NCBI GenBank assembly: GCA_963664705.1 | Contig: OY761556.1 | Location: 4,448,001 to 4,512,000, forward strand | Source: Acidobacteriota bacterium | GTDB lineage: Bacteria; Acidobacteriota; UBA6911 | Direction: 5' to 3' | DNA: 64,000 nt | Shown: positions 1-10,869 of the stretch, piece by piece | How positions within the stretch are numbered: position 1 is the stretch's first letter | Layout of the letters: each line of letters begins with the position of its first letter | Program-made: the position numbers and the translations under genes | The notes under the pieces: model-generated | Seen by the model: only the letters and a program-made list of their open reading frames with translations | Told to the model about the DNA's origin: nothing | The model's database searches: none

Positions 1-790
1 TCGTGACAGATGACGACAGGAATGCATAAAAGGGCCGGCCCAGGAAGATTGCCCTGGGAATATTGGCAAACGCGAATACCGTCAGGACCACTATTGCCCA
101 CGACCATTGATGGTCACGAAAATTGTGCAACGCCTGAGGCATCTCCGCCAGGGTAAACATGGTTGCCAACATGTACACAATCAGAGTCATGCCGAAGCCC
201 CGCCACATCCAGCGATGCACCACCTGCTGCAATTCTCCCTCGGTTTTCAAATAGAGATAAATAGCCCCGTGCATCGCGGCAAAGAATACGGTAAGCAGTC
301 CGATCAGAACCGGGTAGGGACGCACCAGATCAAAGAATGACCCTGTAAATGAGCCCTCGGCGTTAATGGATATGCCGACCAGGGCATTTCCGGCCGCCAC
401 GCCGAAAAGGAATGTGGCCAGCACGCTTGCGCCAAAGAAGGAATAGTCCCAGAACCGCTTCCATGCAGCCGAATCCACCTTGCTTCTGAATTCGATGGAT
501 ACCGCTCTGAAAATAAGGGCGAACAGCAGCATCATGAATGCGACATAGAATCCGGAAAAAATCGTGGCATAGGCATTCGGGAATGCGGCAAACATAGCGC
601 CTCCAAACGTCACAAGCCAGACTTCATTGCCGTCCCAGATAGGCCCGATCGAATTGAGCATGATCCGGCGTTCCCGTTCGTTGCGCGCAGCCAGGTGAAG
701 AATCCCGACGCCCAAATCGAAACCATCCAGAATGGCATACCCGGCAAGGAGCACTCCCAGCAGCACATACCATAGCGTATTCAGATCCAC
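1..790 (-). CDS. cydB: cytochrome bd ubiquinol oxidase subunit II (3' part runs off the window)
   Basis: Manual translation from GTG at 790 gives MDLNTLWYVLLGVLLAGYAILDGFDLGVG...IGPIWDGNEVWLV (CydB signatures); GGAGG RBS upstream; directly downstream of cydA; absent from the ORF track because it is truncated. Confidence 0.95.
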   Translation of the reverse strand, partial: MDLNTLWYVLLGVLLAGYAILDGFDLGVGILHLAARNERERRIMLNSIGPIWDGNEVWLVTFGGAMFAAFPNAYATIFSGFYVAFMMLLFALIFRAVSIEFRSKVDSAAWKRFWDYSFFGASVLATFLFGVAAGNALVGISINAEGSFTGSFFDLVRPYPVLIGLLTVFFAAMHGAIYLYLKTEGELQQVVHRWMWRGFGMTLIVYMLATMFTLAEMPQALHNFRDHQWSWAIVVLTVFAFANIPRAIFLGRPFYAFLSSSVT

Positions 791-873
791 AGGTATCTCC
801 TCCAGCTTAAGAAATCGCGCGCAGCCCTTCTTTCCGTTGCTTCCACCCTACGAGGCTTCAGTAGAAAAATGCC

Positions 874-2298
874 TCATTCCTTTGATTCCGTCAGCGAATC
901 AGTGTGCCCCGCGTACCGGGAAGCCACATCCAGCGCATCGCGGAAGGATGCCTCATTCCGCAAAGGTACCGGTTCCGGCCCCTTCTGGATTTTGTCGTTT
1001 AACAAATAAATCCACACGGCAAACAGAAGCGAATAGATAACGCCGAACATAATGATTGAGCCCAGGACCTGAGATGAACTGAGGTTCGGTGAGACAGCGG
1101 CACTTGTTCTAAGCTGGTTATACACGATCCAGGGTTGACGCCCGACTTCCGCCACAACCCAACCAAGTTCATTGGCAATAAACGGACCGACAACCGAAAA
1201 AACAAAGACCCACAAGAGCCATCTCTTGTTGAACAACTGCCCCCGAACTCGGCACCAGACCGCATAAAGCGTGAGCAGGATGAAATAGGTACCCAGCCCG
1301 ACCATGATATGAAATGAGAAAAACGGAAGGCCAACCGGGGGGACATCGGGCTCAAACTGATCAAGTCCCGGAACCGGCTTATTCATGTCCCGATACACAA
1401 GGAAACTTAGCAGGCCGGGAATCTCTATGTTATAGCGCACCGTCTTTGCCTTGGAATCCGGAATGCCAATCAAATGAATTGGCGCCCCGGATCCGGTGGA
1501 TTGATAGATCCCTTCCATCGCGGCAAGCTTCGCAGGCTGATATCTGGCCACGATCCTGCCTTGGGAATCGCCTGTGGCCAGCCCCGCCAGCGATGCAACC
1601 GCAGCCACCACCAGGGCGGTTGTGAAAGATTTCCGTGCAAAATCGACATGACGATTCTTCAGCAGATAATAAGCCGAAATGCTCAAAACAAAGAAGGACC
1701 CGAGGATAAACGCGCCAATCAACACATGAGCCAGGCGGTCCATGGCCGATGGATTGAAAACGACTTTCCAAAAATCAGTCAGTTCCGCCCTTTTGACAAT
1801 GCCGGCCGGTGTAGCGACTTCGTGAATCTCAAAACCTGCCGGAGTCTGTTGCCACGAAATCGCCACCACAATCCAGATAGCGGAAAAAATGGATCCCAGC
1901 GCGACCATCAGGGTTGCAATGAAATGCATGCGCGCTGAAACCCTATCCCACCCGAAAACCAGCACCGCCAGAAATCCGGATTCAAGGAAAAATGCAAATA
2001 TGCCTTCCGCCGCAAGTGCGGAGCCGAAAACATCGCCAACATACCTCGAATATGCCGCCCAGTTCGTTCCGAACTGAAATTCCATGACAATTCCAGAGGC
2101 AACTCCCAGCGCAAAATTCAGGGCAAAGATCTTGGTCCAGAATTTTGTCGCCGCCTCAAACTGAGGATCGCCTGTTTTCAGATATCTTCCCTCCAGGAAG
2201 ACCAGGAATCCCCCCATTCCAATGGCAAGCGGGGGGAAAATATAGTGAAACATGATCGTTAGGGCGAACTGAATACGTGAGAGCGTTACGACGTCCAT
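874..2298 (-). CDS. cydA: cytochrome bd ubiquinol oxidase subunit I
   Basis: [46 protein letters not shown] and EVGRQPW motifs. Confidence 0.97.
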   Translation of the reverse strand: MDVVTLSRIQFALTIMFHYIFPPLAIGMGGFLVFLEGRYLKTGDPQFEAATKFWTKIFALNFALGVASGIVMEFQFGTNWAAYSRYVGDVFGSALAAEGIFAFFLESGFLAVLVFGWDRVSARMHFIATLMVALGSIFSAIWIVVAISWQQTPAGFEIHEVATPAGIVKRAELTDFWKVVFNPSAMDRLAHVLIGAFILGSFFVLSISAYYLLKNRHVDFARKSFTTALVVAAVASLAGLATGDSQGRIVARYQPAKLAAMEGIYQSTGSGAPIHLIGIPDSKAKTVRYNIEIPGLLSFLVYRDMNKPVPGLDQFEPDVPPVGLPFFSFHIMVGLGTYFILLTLYAVWCRVRGQLFNKRWLLWVFVFSVVGPFIANELGWVVAEVGRQPWIVYNQLRTSAAVSPNLSSSQVLGSIIMFGVIYSLLFAVWIYLLNDKIQKGPEPVPLRNEASFRDALDVASRYAGHTDSLTESKE

Positions 2299-2622
2299 AG
2301 AGTTGAGTTCTCCAGACGTTGAATGTTTAAGAGCGGCAGCCTCAATACTATAGCGAATCTTAACCTCAAAGAGTCGAAGGCTCCACGAAATTTTTTTATC
2401 TTTGGAACTTCCAGGGGTATCGCAGCATTCCTGGCGCCGGCATGGTGCAAAGAAACCATCGCACCGCTAACTCCAACTGTTGCATTTTGTTATATATCAG
2501 GTGTGAAGTCCGCAACGATCCCCGCCGATGAATAACAGCAAGGAGCGGACTCCTGTGCTGTTGGATCGCAACAGTCGCTTTAGTCAAATTTCCTTGAATT
2601 CACCTTTAGGGAGTTTTGGTAA

Positions 2623-3933
2623 ATGAACAGCCAAGGCAGACAGCCTGTCGCAGCGGACGACCAATATGAAGCCACAGTCCTGGACTTCCTGGATAAGGAA
2701 ATGGCGATAGCCCAGGAAGCGCAGAAAAAGAACCAGCAATCAGACGAACTGGATGCGCTTGTGACCGATCTGCTGAAGCAGGTTATCACGGAAGCGGACC
2801 AGACTCCGCCGCAAGCCCAGGACAGGCCGTTGTTTGATGATGACGAGTTGTTTGCAGGCATGGCGCCCGGGCAGACGCAGGTTGTGGAGGCCAGCACGGC
2901 TCCCAATGCCGCACCACCCGCAGAGGAAACACTGCCAGCGTCTCCGCAAAAGGAAGCTGTTGCAGAACCGCTAACGCCAAGTCCGGAAGAAGATCATGCG
3001 GCTAAAGCCGAGGCTCAATCAGCCGCAGCTCCAGCCGTAATGTTCGGTTCCAGCATGGCCGCTCCCCAAAAGAAATTCCCCTTAGTGGCTGCCATCGTGG
3101 CGGGAATGGTAGTGGTTCTAGGCGCCGGGTTCTATTTCTTCAGCGGATCCTCCGCCAAGTCCCCGGTCAATCCGGAACCTCCGGCAGCAGCCGTTCAGCA
3201 GACAAAGCTCGAAACCTCAAATCCGCCGGCACAGGTTGCAACCTCGAACGTCAACCCGGCACAACCGGTAGCCAAGCCAACGTCCCCTGCTGCGGGAACG
3301 CCGGCTGCGACCGCGGCGCCCGTAAAACAGGCGGCCGCACCGGCCAAGCCTAATACCGGATCGACCGACGCAGTGAAACCGTCCAAACCGGCTGCGGCAA
3401 ATGCAAAGGCAGAAGCTGCCCCTGCAGCCCCTGTAAAGAGTGCAGGCGAGGAGAAACCGGTACAAACCCCCGTTGTTGCCACACCTCCTCCGCCCGTGCA
3501 AACTGCAGCGGTGGAAAAAACGGCACCGCCTTCGGTGACAGAGCATTCTGCTCCTGTTACTCCTTCGGTCCCGGAGAAAAAGCCGGTCCCGACACAATCG
3601 GCCAGCGTTGTCGAGCCTCCGGCTCCGGCCCCCCAACCTGCGCACTCTACACCGGTGGCCAAGAATTTAATTGAGGCAGTCCCGCTTATGCAGGCAAGTC
3701 CGGCATACCCGGAACTGGCGGTGAGAGCCAGACTCTCAGGTTCCGTTGTGCTCGATGTGCAGATCAACGACCAGGGGAAGGTAACAAAGGCAACCCCCGT
3801 CAGCGGGCCCAACATCTTTTATAGTTCGGCAGTCGCGGCAGTAATGAAATGGCGCTACAAACCCGCATCCATCGGCGGCGTCAACGTGCCCAGCCAGAGC
3901 AGGGTAACAATGGCTTTCAAAATGAAGAATTAG
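2623..3933 (+). CDS. TonB C-terminal domain protein (energy transducer TonB family) with acidic N-terminal extension, one TM helix and a long Pro/Ala linker
   Basis: C-terminal PAYPELAVRARLSGSVVLDVQI...AVMKWRYKPA is TonB_C; TM segment FPLVAAIVAGMVVVLGAGFYFF. Confidence 0.85.
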   Translation: MNSQGRQPVAADDQYEATVLDFLDKEMAIAQEAQKKNQQSDELDALVTDLLKQVITEADQTPPQAQDRPLFDDDELFAGMAPGQTQVVEASTAPNAAPPAEETLPASPQKEAVAEPLTPSPEEDHAAKAEAQSAAAPAVMFGSSMAAPQKKFPLVAAIVAGMVVVLGAGFYFFSGSSAKSPVNPEPPAAAVQQTKLETSNPPAQVATSNVNPAQPVAKPTSPAAGTPAATAAPVKQAAAPAKPNTGSTDAVKPSKPAAANAKAEAAPAAPVKSAGEEKPVQTPVVATPPPPVQTAAVEKTAPPSVTEHSAPVTPSVPEKKPVPTQSASVVEPPAPAPQPAHSTPVAKNLIEAVPLMQASPAYPELAVRARLSGSVVLDVQINDQGKVTKATPVSGPNIFYSSAVAAVMKWRYKPASIGGVNVPSQSRVTMAFKMKN

Positions 3934-3945
3934 CGTGGAGGTCCA

Positions 3946-4188
3946 ATGTTGACTGAACAGCAGAAGCATAAATATGAAATGACCCGGCAGATGGCCAAGG
4001 AGGAACTGGAGCAGCTGGACAAAGAAATCAGCACCGAGTTGGCTAAGGTCAAGGATAAGCTGCTCGAGCTTCAACAGGCCAAAAAGGCTGTAAAGCAGAT
4101 CTATGATGGGGCCTGTGCCCGGATGGGCGTGAAATCAGTGTTGGAAGTAACAGAAGTCAATCTCACCGATCTCGTGAAACAGTCCTGA
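3946..4188 (+). CDS. small coiled-coil hypothetical protein
   Basis: GGAGG RBS, 12 bp after the TonB-C stop, E/K/L heptad-rich sequence. Confidence 0.75.
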   Translation: MLTEQQKHKYEMTRQMAKEELEQLDKEISTELAKVKDKLLELQQAKKAVKQIYDGACARMGVKSVLEVTEVNLTDLVKQS

Positions 4189-4204
4189 CGGACTTCTGCA
4201 TCCA

Positions 4205-5098
4205 TCAATTCTGCAGGCAGTTTTCAATGGTCTGCCTTCTCTCGGCGGCAGACCACTCTCTGATTTCCGCATACGATCGGCAGAGCAGGTTGCAGGAAAA
4301 CACAACATCCTGTTCAATCAACTCTGAAATTCCGACTGAATCAAAGAGTCCGGGCTCGTCGTGGACAAGTTGCATCAGAATGGAGAACAAATCCTGCCAG
4401 GCTCCCTGGCTGACATAGGAAATGCGCAGGATAAACCGGATCAATCCCGGTGCCAGATCAGGATCCTGAAGACCATGACGGATCAAATCCTCTCGCAGCG
4501 AAAATCCCGCGCCCGGAAGGTTTACGACCTGCTTGATCATAATCTGCGAACTAAGCAGCCGGTCAAAGGTAAACGCCTGCAGAAACTCGCCGGATGAGAG
4601 ATGGGACATCGCATTGGCTTCGAGAACTGCGACATCATCCAATGTAAAGTCCACCGCCTTTAGGGTCATCCCCGCCCTCTGCAGCGATTGGCGGAATTTG
4701 TTCATGAAATCCTCAAATTCCCTATCAAAGAGCGTGGCGGCATTTCCAAGATAGACAGCAAAAGTTCGGGTCAACTGATTGGTCAGATCCATCACTGGGG
4801 AAAGATCCACCTCCGGCCCGTCCCAGAAAGAGTCGTCGAAGGTCTCCAGCTTATCGAGTTTCTCCAGTTCCTTCGCGACATCCACTTTCACGGTCAAATC
4901 TTCTTTGGACAGCTCGGTTTTGCCTGCATGCTCGTCCAGCACAAGCCTCTCGTACAGCGCGGGATCGGCAACCAGCAGATTGATAACCTCATCCCTATTC
5001 AGGACGTGCGGAATCATCCGCGCTTCCTGAACGCAGCGCCGGATCAAACTCCCGATCAGCATTGCCAGTTTCTTCCTGATTTCCACCGAGGCTTGCAT
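4205..5098 (-). CDS. hypothetical protein (acidic, helical)
   Basis: Long ORF with protein-like composition; start moved to MQASVEIRKK (5098) because the upstream extension looks non-coding. Confidence 0.7.
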   Translation of the reverse strand: MQASVEIRKKLAMLIGSLIRRCVQEARMIPHVLNRDEVINLLVADPALYERLVLDEHAGKTELSKEDLTVKVDVAKELEKLDKLETFDDSFWDGPEVDLSPVMDLTNQLTRTFAVYLGNAATLFDREFEDFMNKFRQSLQRAGMTLKAVDFTLDDVAVLEANAMSHLSSGEFLQAFTFDRLLSSQIMIKQVVNLPGAGFSLREDLIRHGLQDPDLAPGLIRFILRISYVSQGAWQDLFSILMQLVHDEPGLFDSVGISELIEQDVVFSCNLLCRSYAEIREWSAAERRQTIENCLQN

Positions 5099-5292
5099 AT
5101 TCGCTTTGACCTGTGAAAGGTCCAGAGTAATCAATTGTTCCGCGGGCTTCCAGCAGAAAAACAGCCTTCCGCATTTCGGCCGCGGGATTTCGCGGCCTTG
5201 GTGACCGCCCGAATAAATCATCCCATGATATACTTTCGCCCGTCAGTTGGAACAATGGAGTTGGTCAAAACAGATTTATCCCGGATCCGAAA

Positions 5293-5766
5293 TTGGAAAA
5301 CACGCTTCACATCGCGCTCTTAAAACCGGAAATACACCCGAATGCCGGCAACATTGCGCGTCTGTGCGCCGCCAATGGACTGCCGCTGCACCTGGTTGGT
5401 GCGCTGGGATTCAGAATCGACGATAAGTCTGTACGCCGCGCCGGACTTGATTACTGGCCCTATGTGGACATCCGCCGCGAAGAGGATCTTCAAGCGCTGC
5501 AGGCAGCCATCCCCGAATCGCGCCTGTTCTATTTCAGTGCCCGTTCAGGAAAACCCTATACGGAGGTTCAATACAAGGCCGGCGATTGTCTTGTGTTCGG
5601 ACCCGAATCGACCGGACTTCCGCCGGAGTTGCTGAATGCAAATCAGGACTCCGTTTTGACAATCCCGATGCGCACACCTCACGTCCGGAGCCTGAACCTG
5701 GCGGTTGCCGTTGCAATCGCGGCGTACGAAGCTATGCGCCAGTTTTCACTTCTCCAGCCCCAATAA
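5293..5766 (+). CDS. trmL: tRNA (cytidine/uridine(34)-2'-O)-methyltransferase, SPOUT family
   Basis: PEIHPNAGNIARLC, RRAGLDYW, FGPESTGLP, IPM...RSLNLA motifs; TTG start. Confidence 0.95.
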   Translation: MENTLHIALLKPEIHPNAGNIARLCAANGLPLHLVGALGFRIDDKSVRRAGLDYWPYVDIRREEDLQALQAAIPESRLFYFSARSGKPYTEVQYKAGDCLVFGPESTGLPPELLNANQDSVLTIPMRTPHVRSLNLAVAVAIAAYEAMRQFSLLQPQ

Positions 5767-5776
5767 TGGATTGGAG

Positions 5777-7159
5777 CTAATCCGCTTCGCCATTCTCTCG
5801 CCCGGAATATGGAATTCCAAGCTGGCGAATCTTTCGATACAGATTGCTTCGCTCTATGCGCAAGGCCTGTGCGGCTCGGGCCACATTGCCTTTAAACTCC
5901 ATCAGCTTCTGAAGAATAAACTCCCGCTCAAAGCGATCGCGCGCTCCCTGAAGAGAGCTTTCTTCCCCCGGTTCAGTTTGCGCCGGCAGAGCCCGCTGCA
6001 GAATCGGCTCGGGCAGGTCATAAATATCGATGCGGGTCTGCGGAGTCATGATCACCATGCGTTCCATGATGTTCCTCAATTCGCGCACGTTCCCGGGCCA
6101 CGCATAGTTTTCAAGCGTTTCCACCGCCTTGCGGGTCAACAGGGGCGGCTTCCTGCCATACTTCCGGGCAAAATCCTCCAGGAAGTAAGTCGTAAGGAGG
6201 GAGATATCCTCTCTGCGTTCTCTCAAAGGGGGTAACTGGAATGGAAGGACGTTCAATCGATAGTAGAGATCTTCGCGGAAATTCCCAAGTTCGATCTCGC
6301 GCTCCAGATTTTTGTTAGTGGACGCAATCACGCGGACATCCACCTTCACCGAGACATTTCCCCCGACGGGCGTAAACCGCTGTTCCTCGAGAACGCGGAG
6401 AACCTTCGCCTGGGTTTTCGAACTCATATCGCCGACTTCGTCAAGAAAGAGCGTGCCTCCATCCGCCTGGGCAAACTTCCCTTCCTTGTCTTCCGATGCT
6501 CCCGTGAAAGATCCTTTCACATGGCCGAAAAGCTCGCTTTCGATCAGTTCCTCGGGAATCGCCGCGCAGTTCATTTCCACAAAGGCAGCATCACACCGCG
6601 GGCTTTGCAGGTGGATCAGGTGCGCCACGAGCTCTTTGCCCGTGCCGTTTTCACCATAGATGAGCACGCGGCCGTTGGAAGGAGCGGCAAAGGCTATTTG
6701 CTGCCGCAACGCCTGCATGGGGACCGAGTCCCCGATCATCACATATTTCTGTTCGACCTGCTCACGAAGGATACGGTTCTCTTCCTGCAGTTGATTCTGG
6801 TGCAGCGCATTCTTCACCACAAGAATGGTCTTTTCCAGGGAAAGCGGCTTTTCTACGAAATCAAAAGCACCCAGCTTTGTGGCGCGCACCGCCGTTTCGA
6901 TAGAGCCGTGCCCCGAAATCATAATAACCACGGCGTCCGGAGAAATGCGCCGTATCTGAGCCAGTGCCTTCAGGCCATCCATTCCAGGGAGCCAGACGTC
7001 CAGGAGCACAACAGGAAAGCTTCTTTTGGCCAGAATATCGAGGGCTTCTTCGGCAGACGAAACAGCCTGAGAGTCAAACCCCACATCCTCGAGAATTCCC
7101 TGGATGGAGCTTTGCACACCCTTTTCGTCATCAACGATCAAGACTGCCGGTCGAGTCAT
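5777..7159 (-). CDS. ntrX: sigma-54-dependent response regulator, NtrX-like
   Basis: REC domain (VDD, LLDVW), AAA+ (GENGTGKE, ESELFGH.KGSFTGA, WPGNVREL), Fis HTH; downstream of the NtrY-like kinase. Confidence 0.85.
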   Translation of the reverse strand: MTRPAVLIVDDEKGVQSSIQGILEDVGFDSQAVSSAEEALDILAKRSFPVVLLDVWLPGMDGLKALAQIRRISPDAVVIMISGHGSIETAVRATKLGAFDFVEKPLSLEKTILVVKNALHQNQLQEENRILREQVEQKYVMIGDSVPMQALRQQIAFAAPSNGRVLIYGENGTGKELVAHLIHLQSPRCDAAFVEMNCAAIPEELIESELFGHVKGSFTGASEDKEGKFAQADGGTLFLDEVGDMSSKTQAKVLRVLEEQRFTPVGGNVSVKVDVRVIASTNKNLEREIELGNFREDLYYRLNVLPFQLPPLRERREDISLLTTYFLEDFARKYGRKPPLLTRKAVETLENYAWPGNVRELRNIMERMVIMTPQTRIDIYDLPEPILQRALPAQTEPGEESSLQGARDRFEREFILQKLMEFKGNVARAAQALRIERSNLYRKIRQLGIPYSGRENGEAD

Positions 7160-7176
7160 AGGAGCCTATTGTAGCA

Positions 7177-7208
7177 TTGACGATTGATGAATGACGATTG
7201 ACGATTGA
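7177..7208. repeat. short 7-nt tandem repeat (TTGACGA-like) in the ntrY-ntrX spacer
   Basis: ttgacgattgatgaatgacgattgacgattga. Confidence 0.7.
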
Positions 7209-7214
7209 AAACGT

Positions 7215-9488
7215 CTAAATGGGAAGATCGATGATGATTCTGGTACCCAAAGGCACATTGGCTTCCGCGCGCACGTGCCCGTGATGGTCCGAAACGATCT
7301 GCCTGACAATAGCCAACCCCAATCCCGTCCCCCCCTTCCGTGTTGAGAAGTACGGGAGGAACAGGCTGTCCTGGTATTCCTCGGGAAAACCTCGGCCAGT
7401 ATCGCCGATCTCTATTCGTACCGAATCCTGTTCGGAATTGCGGCGCGTGCGCAGGTACAAAACCCTGTTGCCCGAATTCTGCGCCATCGCTTCCAGCGCA
7501 TTATCGAAAAGATTGATAAACACACGCTTCATCTGCTCCGTATCCAGCTTTAGTTTTGGAAGGGTTGAATCAAATTCCTTTTGAATACGGATTCCCTGCA
7601 TCCGGCCATCATAGAGGCTCAGAGTCCCTTCCAGAATTCGATTCAGGTCTGCCTCCTCAAGCCGCACTTCCGGAAGGCGGGCGAATCGGGAGAACTCGTC
7701 AACCAGGTTTTTTAACGAGCCGGCCTCATTGATGATGACCTGCACACACTCTGACAGCAGCTTATCGAATTTTTGAAATTCCTCTTCCCACTGTCCGGAA
7801 GATCCGAACCGAGGACCATCATTGAGCTGTCGGTATCTTCGCAGTATGCGCTCTGCGGAAAGCTGGATCGGCGTTAAAGGATTTTTGATTTCGTGAGCCA
7901 TCCGCCTCGCCACTTCCTGCCACGCGGACATTTTTTCCATCCTGAGCAGTTCCGTCATGTCATCCAGAACAACGACCCAGCCTCTCCTTAGACCGGCGTT
8001 ATCCACCAGCGGCGTCACGGTTGCCGCAATTTGAAGGACCTTTCCGGAAAACGTCAGCTCGATATTCCGCACCACTGTTCCGAGAACGGCGGATTTCTGC
8101 AGGAGAGAACGAAGTGTTTCGAATGCCTGCGGCTGAAGGACTGCATCGAGCGTCGACTCGGTCACCGAGTCCCCGGTCTGCAGCATCTGCATCGCGGCAC
8201 GGTTCATGGTCCTGACATGAAAGCTGCTGTCGAGCGAAATGACTCCCGTGGTAATCGTCTGGAGAATGGTTTCGATATAGCGGCGTCGATCGGCATTCTC
8301 GGCATTGGTCTGACGCAGGCTTTGCTGGGCGGCCTCTATGCGCTTCTCGTTTTCCTCGAGATCAATGGTCATCCGGTTGAAGGAGGAAACCAGGCTTCCC
8401 AATTCATCAAATGCCTGGCATTCCACCCTGTAGGCAAGGTTGCCCGCGGCCAGGGCGGCTGCACCCTGGGCCAGCGCCTGAATTGGGACGGTAATGCGTT
8501 TGGCCAGATACAGCGCAAACCATGAGAAGGCGAATATGATCAGAAGGGTGGCAAGAACCAGCATGAGCAGTGCATTGAATCGGAGTGCAACCTTCTCCTG
8601 CTGCAGTTGCTTGTATTTGTCGATGGCTTCCTGAACCGAATCAACGCGGAACTGGATGCTTCGCTGCCGGACCGTTTCGGTAAGAACCCCCCCGGCAACC
8701 TTCCCCTGCGCATCCCAGATCGGAGCCGCGGCGAACATGATCTCGGGCATGGGGTCTCCGGGGGTCATTCGCTGGACTCGGAAATCCTGCTTCCCCAGGA
8801 TAGCCTGGCGCACCAGGCCGTCCATCAGATCATGATGCCAGGGTTTGGAACGGGCGGAGCCGGATTCCGCAATCGGCCTGGATTGACGATCGTAGACTTG
8901 AATGGCCCCAAGTGCATATTCGCGGCAGAGCTTTCTCAACTTTTGCTGCATTTCCACGCGGGATTCTGAAGAGAAATCCTGCGGCAACAGGGATCCGGCA
9001 ATATTCGCTGCAAAATACTTCGCCTGCTCTCCCATTTCCGCATAATATTCATCCGCAAGGAGCCGGCTGTTTTCCATCATCTGGGCCGGCGGCTTCAGAA
9101 ACCACTTTTCGATGGATGAGCTGATCAGAGTATAGGCCAGCAGAAACAGCAAAAGCGCCGGCAGCAGCGAAAGCACGATAAACGTGCGCACCATCTTGGT
9201 TTTAAATCCGCTCCCCAGTGCCCCGCTCTTCTTTTCAAAATATAGCTTGATCAGATTTCGCCCAAGAACGGTCGCCAGGATCAGGAGCGCCAGGACAACA
9301 ATAATTGTTATTGTCCACAGCAGGAAGGTCATCCGCACAAATCGCGGACTCCCCACGGAAGTGATATTCAGAAAAATTTGCGTAGCGGCCAGCGAGACCA
9401 AAAGAAATGCAATAGTCGCGACGATATACCGGCGCGCCCGCGATCCGTCCCGCCTGGGCGGGTTTGTGAAGCTGGAAAGTTCGCTCAT
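7215..9488 (-). CDS. ntrY: NtrY-like sensor histidine kinase (TM, periplasmic, HAMP, PAS, HisKA, HATPase)
   Basis: AWQEVARRMAHEIKNPLTPIQLSAER H-box typical of NtrY; NLFDNA, DTGRG, FSTRKGGTGLGL. Confidence 0.88.
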   Translation of the reverse strand: MSELSSFTNPPRRDGSRARRYIVATIAFLLVSLAATQIFLNITSVGSPRFVRMTFLLWTITIIVVLALLILATVLGRNLIKLYFEKKSGALGSGFKTKMVRTFIVLSLLPALLLFLLAYTLISSSIEKWFLKPPAQMMENSRLLADEYYAEMGEQAKYFAANIAGSLLPQDFSSESRVEMQQKLRKLCREYALGAIQVYDRQSRPIAESGSARSKPWHHDLMDGLVRQAILGKQDFRVQRMTPGDPMPEIMFAAAPIWDAQGKVAGGVLTETVRQRSIQFRVDSVQEAIDKYKQLQQEKVALRFNALLMLVLATLLIIFAFSWFALYLAKRITVPIQALAQGAAALAAGNLAYRVECQAFDELGSLVSSFNRMTIDLEENEKRIEAAQQSLRQTNAENADRRRYIETILQTITTGVISLDSSFHVRTMNRAAMQMLQTGDSVTESTLDAVLQPQAFETLRSLLQKSAVLGTVVRNIELTFSGKVLQIAATVTPLVDNAGLRRGWVVVLDDMTELLRMEKMSAWQEVARRMAHEIKNPLTPIQLSAERILRRYRQLNDGPRFGSSGQWEEEFQKFDKLLSECVQVIINEAGSLKNLVDEFSRFARLPEVRLEEADLNRILEGTLSLYDGRMQGIRIQKEFDSTLPKLKLDTEQMKRVFINLFDNALEAMAQNSGNRVLYLRTRRNSEQDSVRIEIGDTGRGFPEEYQDSLFLPYFSTRKGGTGLGLAIVRQIVSDHHGHVRAEANVPLGTRIIIDLPI

Positions 9489-9630
9489 GATGAAAGTCCA
9501 GGAGGCCCATTATAAAGAGAAAAGGCAAAGACTCAAAGGCTCGAAGTCCAGAGAAGCATCCGGAAATGCCACTCCGCTGTTGACGGGGCGACCCCGAAAG
9601 ACTAGATTCAGAGATTCGCGGAGGACTCAG

Positions 9631-10596
9631 TTGAAAATACTAATCACCGGCGGTGCCGGCTTCATTGGTTCCTATCTTGCCGAAGCCTACTTGCTCCAGG
9701 GAGACGAAGTCTACGTCATCGATGACCTCTCCACTGGAAGCCTGGCTAACATCAAGCCATTGACCCACAATCCTCTATTCCATTTTGTAAATGACACGAT
9801 CCTGAATCGTGAAATCATGCTGGAACTGACGGGGATATGTGATGTGGTCGCGCACCTTGCGGCAGCCGTGGGCGTCCGCCTCATTATTGACGAACCGCTA
9901 AAATCGATCCACACCAACATCGTCGGCACGGAGATCGTGCTCGAGCTGGCGAACAAATTCAGGAAGAAGACATTTCTGGCGTCCACGTCCGAGGTCTACG
10001 GAAGAAACTCCCAGGTACCCCTGGCGGAAACAGATGCCCGCATCTATGGATCGACCCACATTGCCCGCTGGAGCTACGCGGCTTCGAAGGCAATGGATGA
10101 ATTCCTGGCTCTTGCGTATTATCGGACCAAGCAGCTTCCGATCATCATCGCCCGGTTTTTCAACACGGTAGGCCCGCGGCAGACCGGTCAGTATGGGATG
10201 GTGATTCCACGCTTCGTGGGACAAGCGCTGCGAAATGAACCGATTACGGTCTATGGCGACGGCACGCAAACGCGCAACTTCACCTATGTCGATGATGTTG
10301 TCCGAGGCATCATCCGGCTGATTGACGAGCCGGGAGCGGTCGGAGAGATTTTCAACATGGGCGGGAATGGCGAAATTTCGATGAACGACCTCGCCGAGCG
10401 TGTCAAGTCGATCACCGGGAGCTCCTCCCCAATTCGTCATGTCCCGTACGACCAGGCATATCAGGAAGGCTTCGAGGACATGGAGCGCCGCGTCCCCGAC
10501 ATTTCAAAGATAGAAAAACTCATCGGCTATAAAAACACCCACACCCTGGATCAGATTCTAGCCAAAGTCGTGGAATACGAAAGGACTAGGGTTTAG
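9631..10596 (+). CDS. NAD-dependent epimerase/dehydratase (UDP-glucose 4-epimerase-like extended SDR)
   Basis: TTG start after GGAGG; ITGGAGFIG, STSEVYG, YAASK, RFFNTVGPRQ. Confidence 0.9.
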   Translation: MKILITGGAGFIGSYLAEAYLLQGDEVYVIDDLSTGSLANIKPLTHNPLFHFVNDTILNREIMLELTGICDVVAHLAAAVGVRLIIDEPLKSIHTNIVGTEIVLELANKFRKKTFLASTSEVYGRNSQVPLAETDARIYGSTHIARWSYAASKAMDEFLALAYYRTKQLPIIIARFFNTVGPRQTGQYGMVIPRFVGQALRNEPITVYGDGTQTRNFTYVDDVVRGIIRLIDEPGAVGEIFNMGGNGEISMNDLAERVKSITGSSSPIRHVPYDQAYQEGFEDMERRVPDISKIEKLIGYKNTHTLDQILAKVVEYERTRV

Positions 10597-10782
10597 GAAG
10601 GCTGCAAAAAAGGCCACAAATTTACCAATGGGCTCCCATGGAGTTCGATGGGGCTGCATGGCCCTCCCGTAAGTATTCTCGTCATATTTACCCAAAGGAC
10701 TTGCGAAACCTCTAGTTGCGACATACAATCATGCGGCTGGACAAGGGATCTCAACCAATCCCGCTTCCGGTGCTTTCAATCT

Positions 10783-10869
10783 GGAGAGGTGTCCGAGTGG
10801 TTGAAGGAGCACGCTTGGAAAGCGTGTGTAGGGGTAACCTTACCGAGGGTTCGAATCCCTCCCTCTCCG
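10783..10869 (+). tRNA. tRNA-Ser(GGA), long variable arm, CCA not encoded
   Basis: GGAGAGG/CCTCTCC acceptor stem, CCGAGTGGTTGAAGG D-arm, CACGC-TT-GGA-AA-GCGTG anticodon arm, GAGGGTTCGAATCCCTC T-arm. Confidence 0.97.

Noticed and set aside
9184-9630. N-terminal extension of the 470-aa epimerase ORF
   Set aside because: It overlaps ntrY on the opposite strand; the SDR starts at TTG 9631 after a GGAGG RBS.
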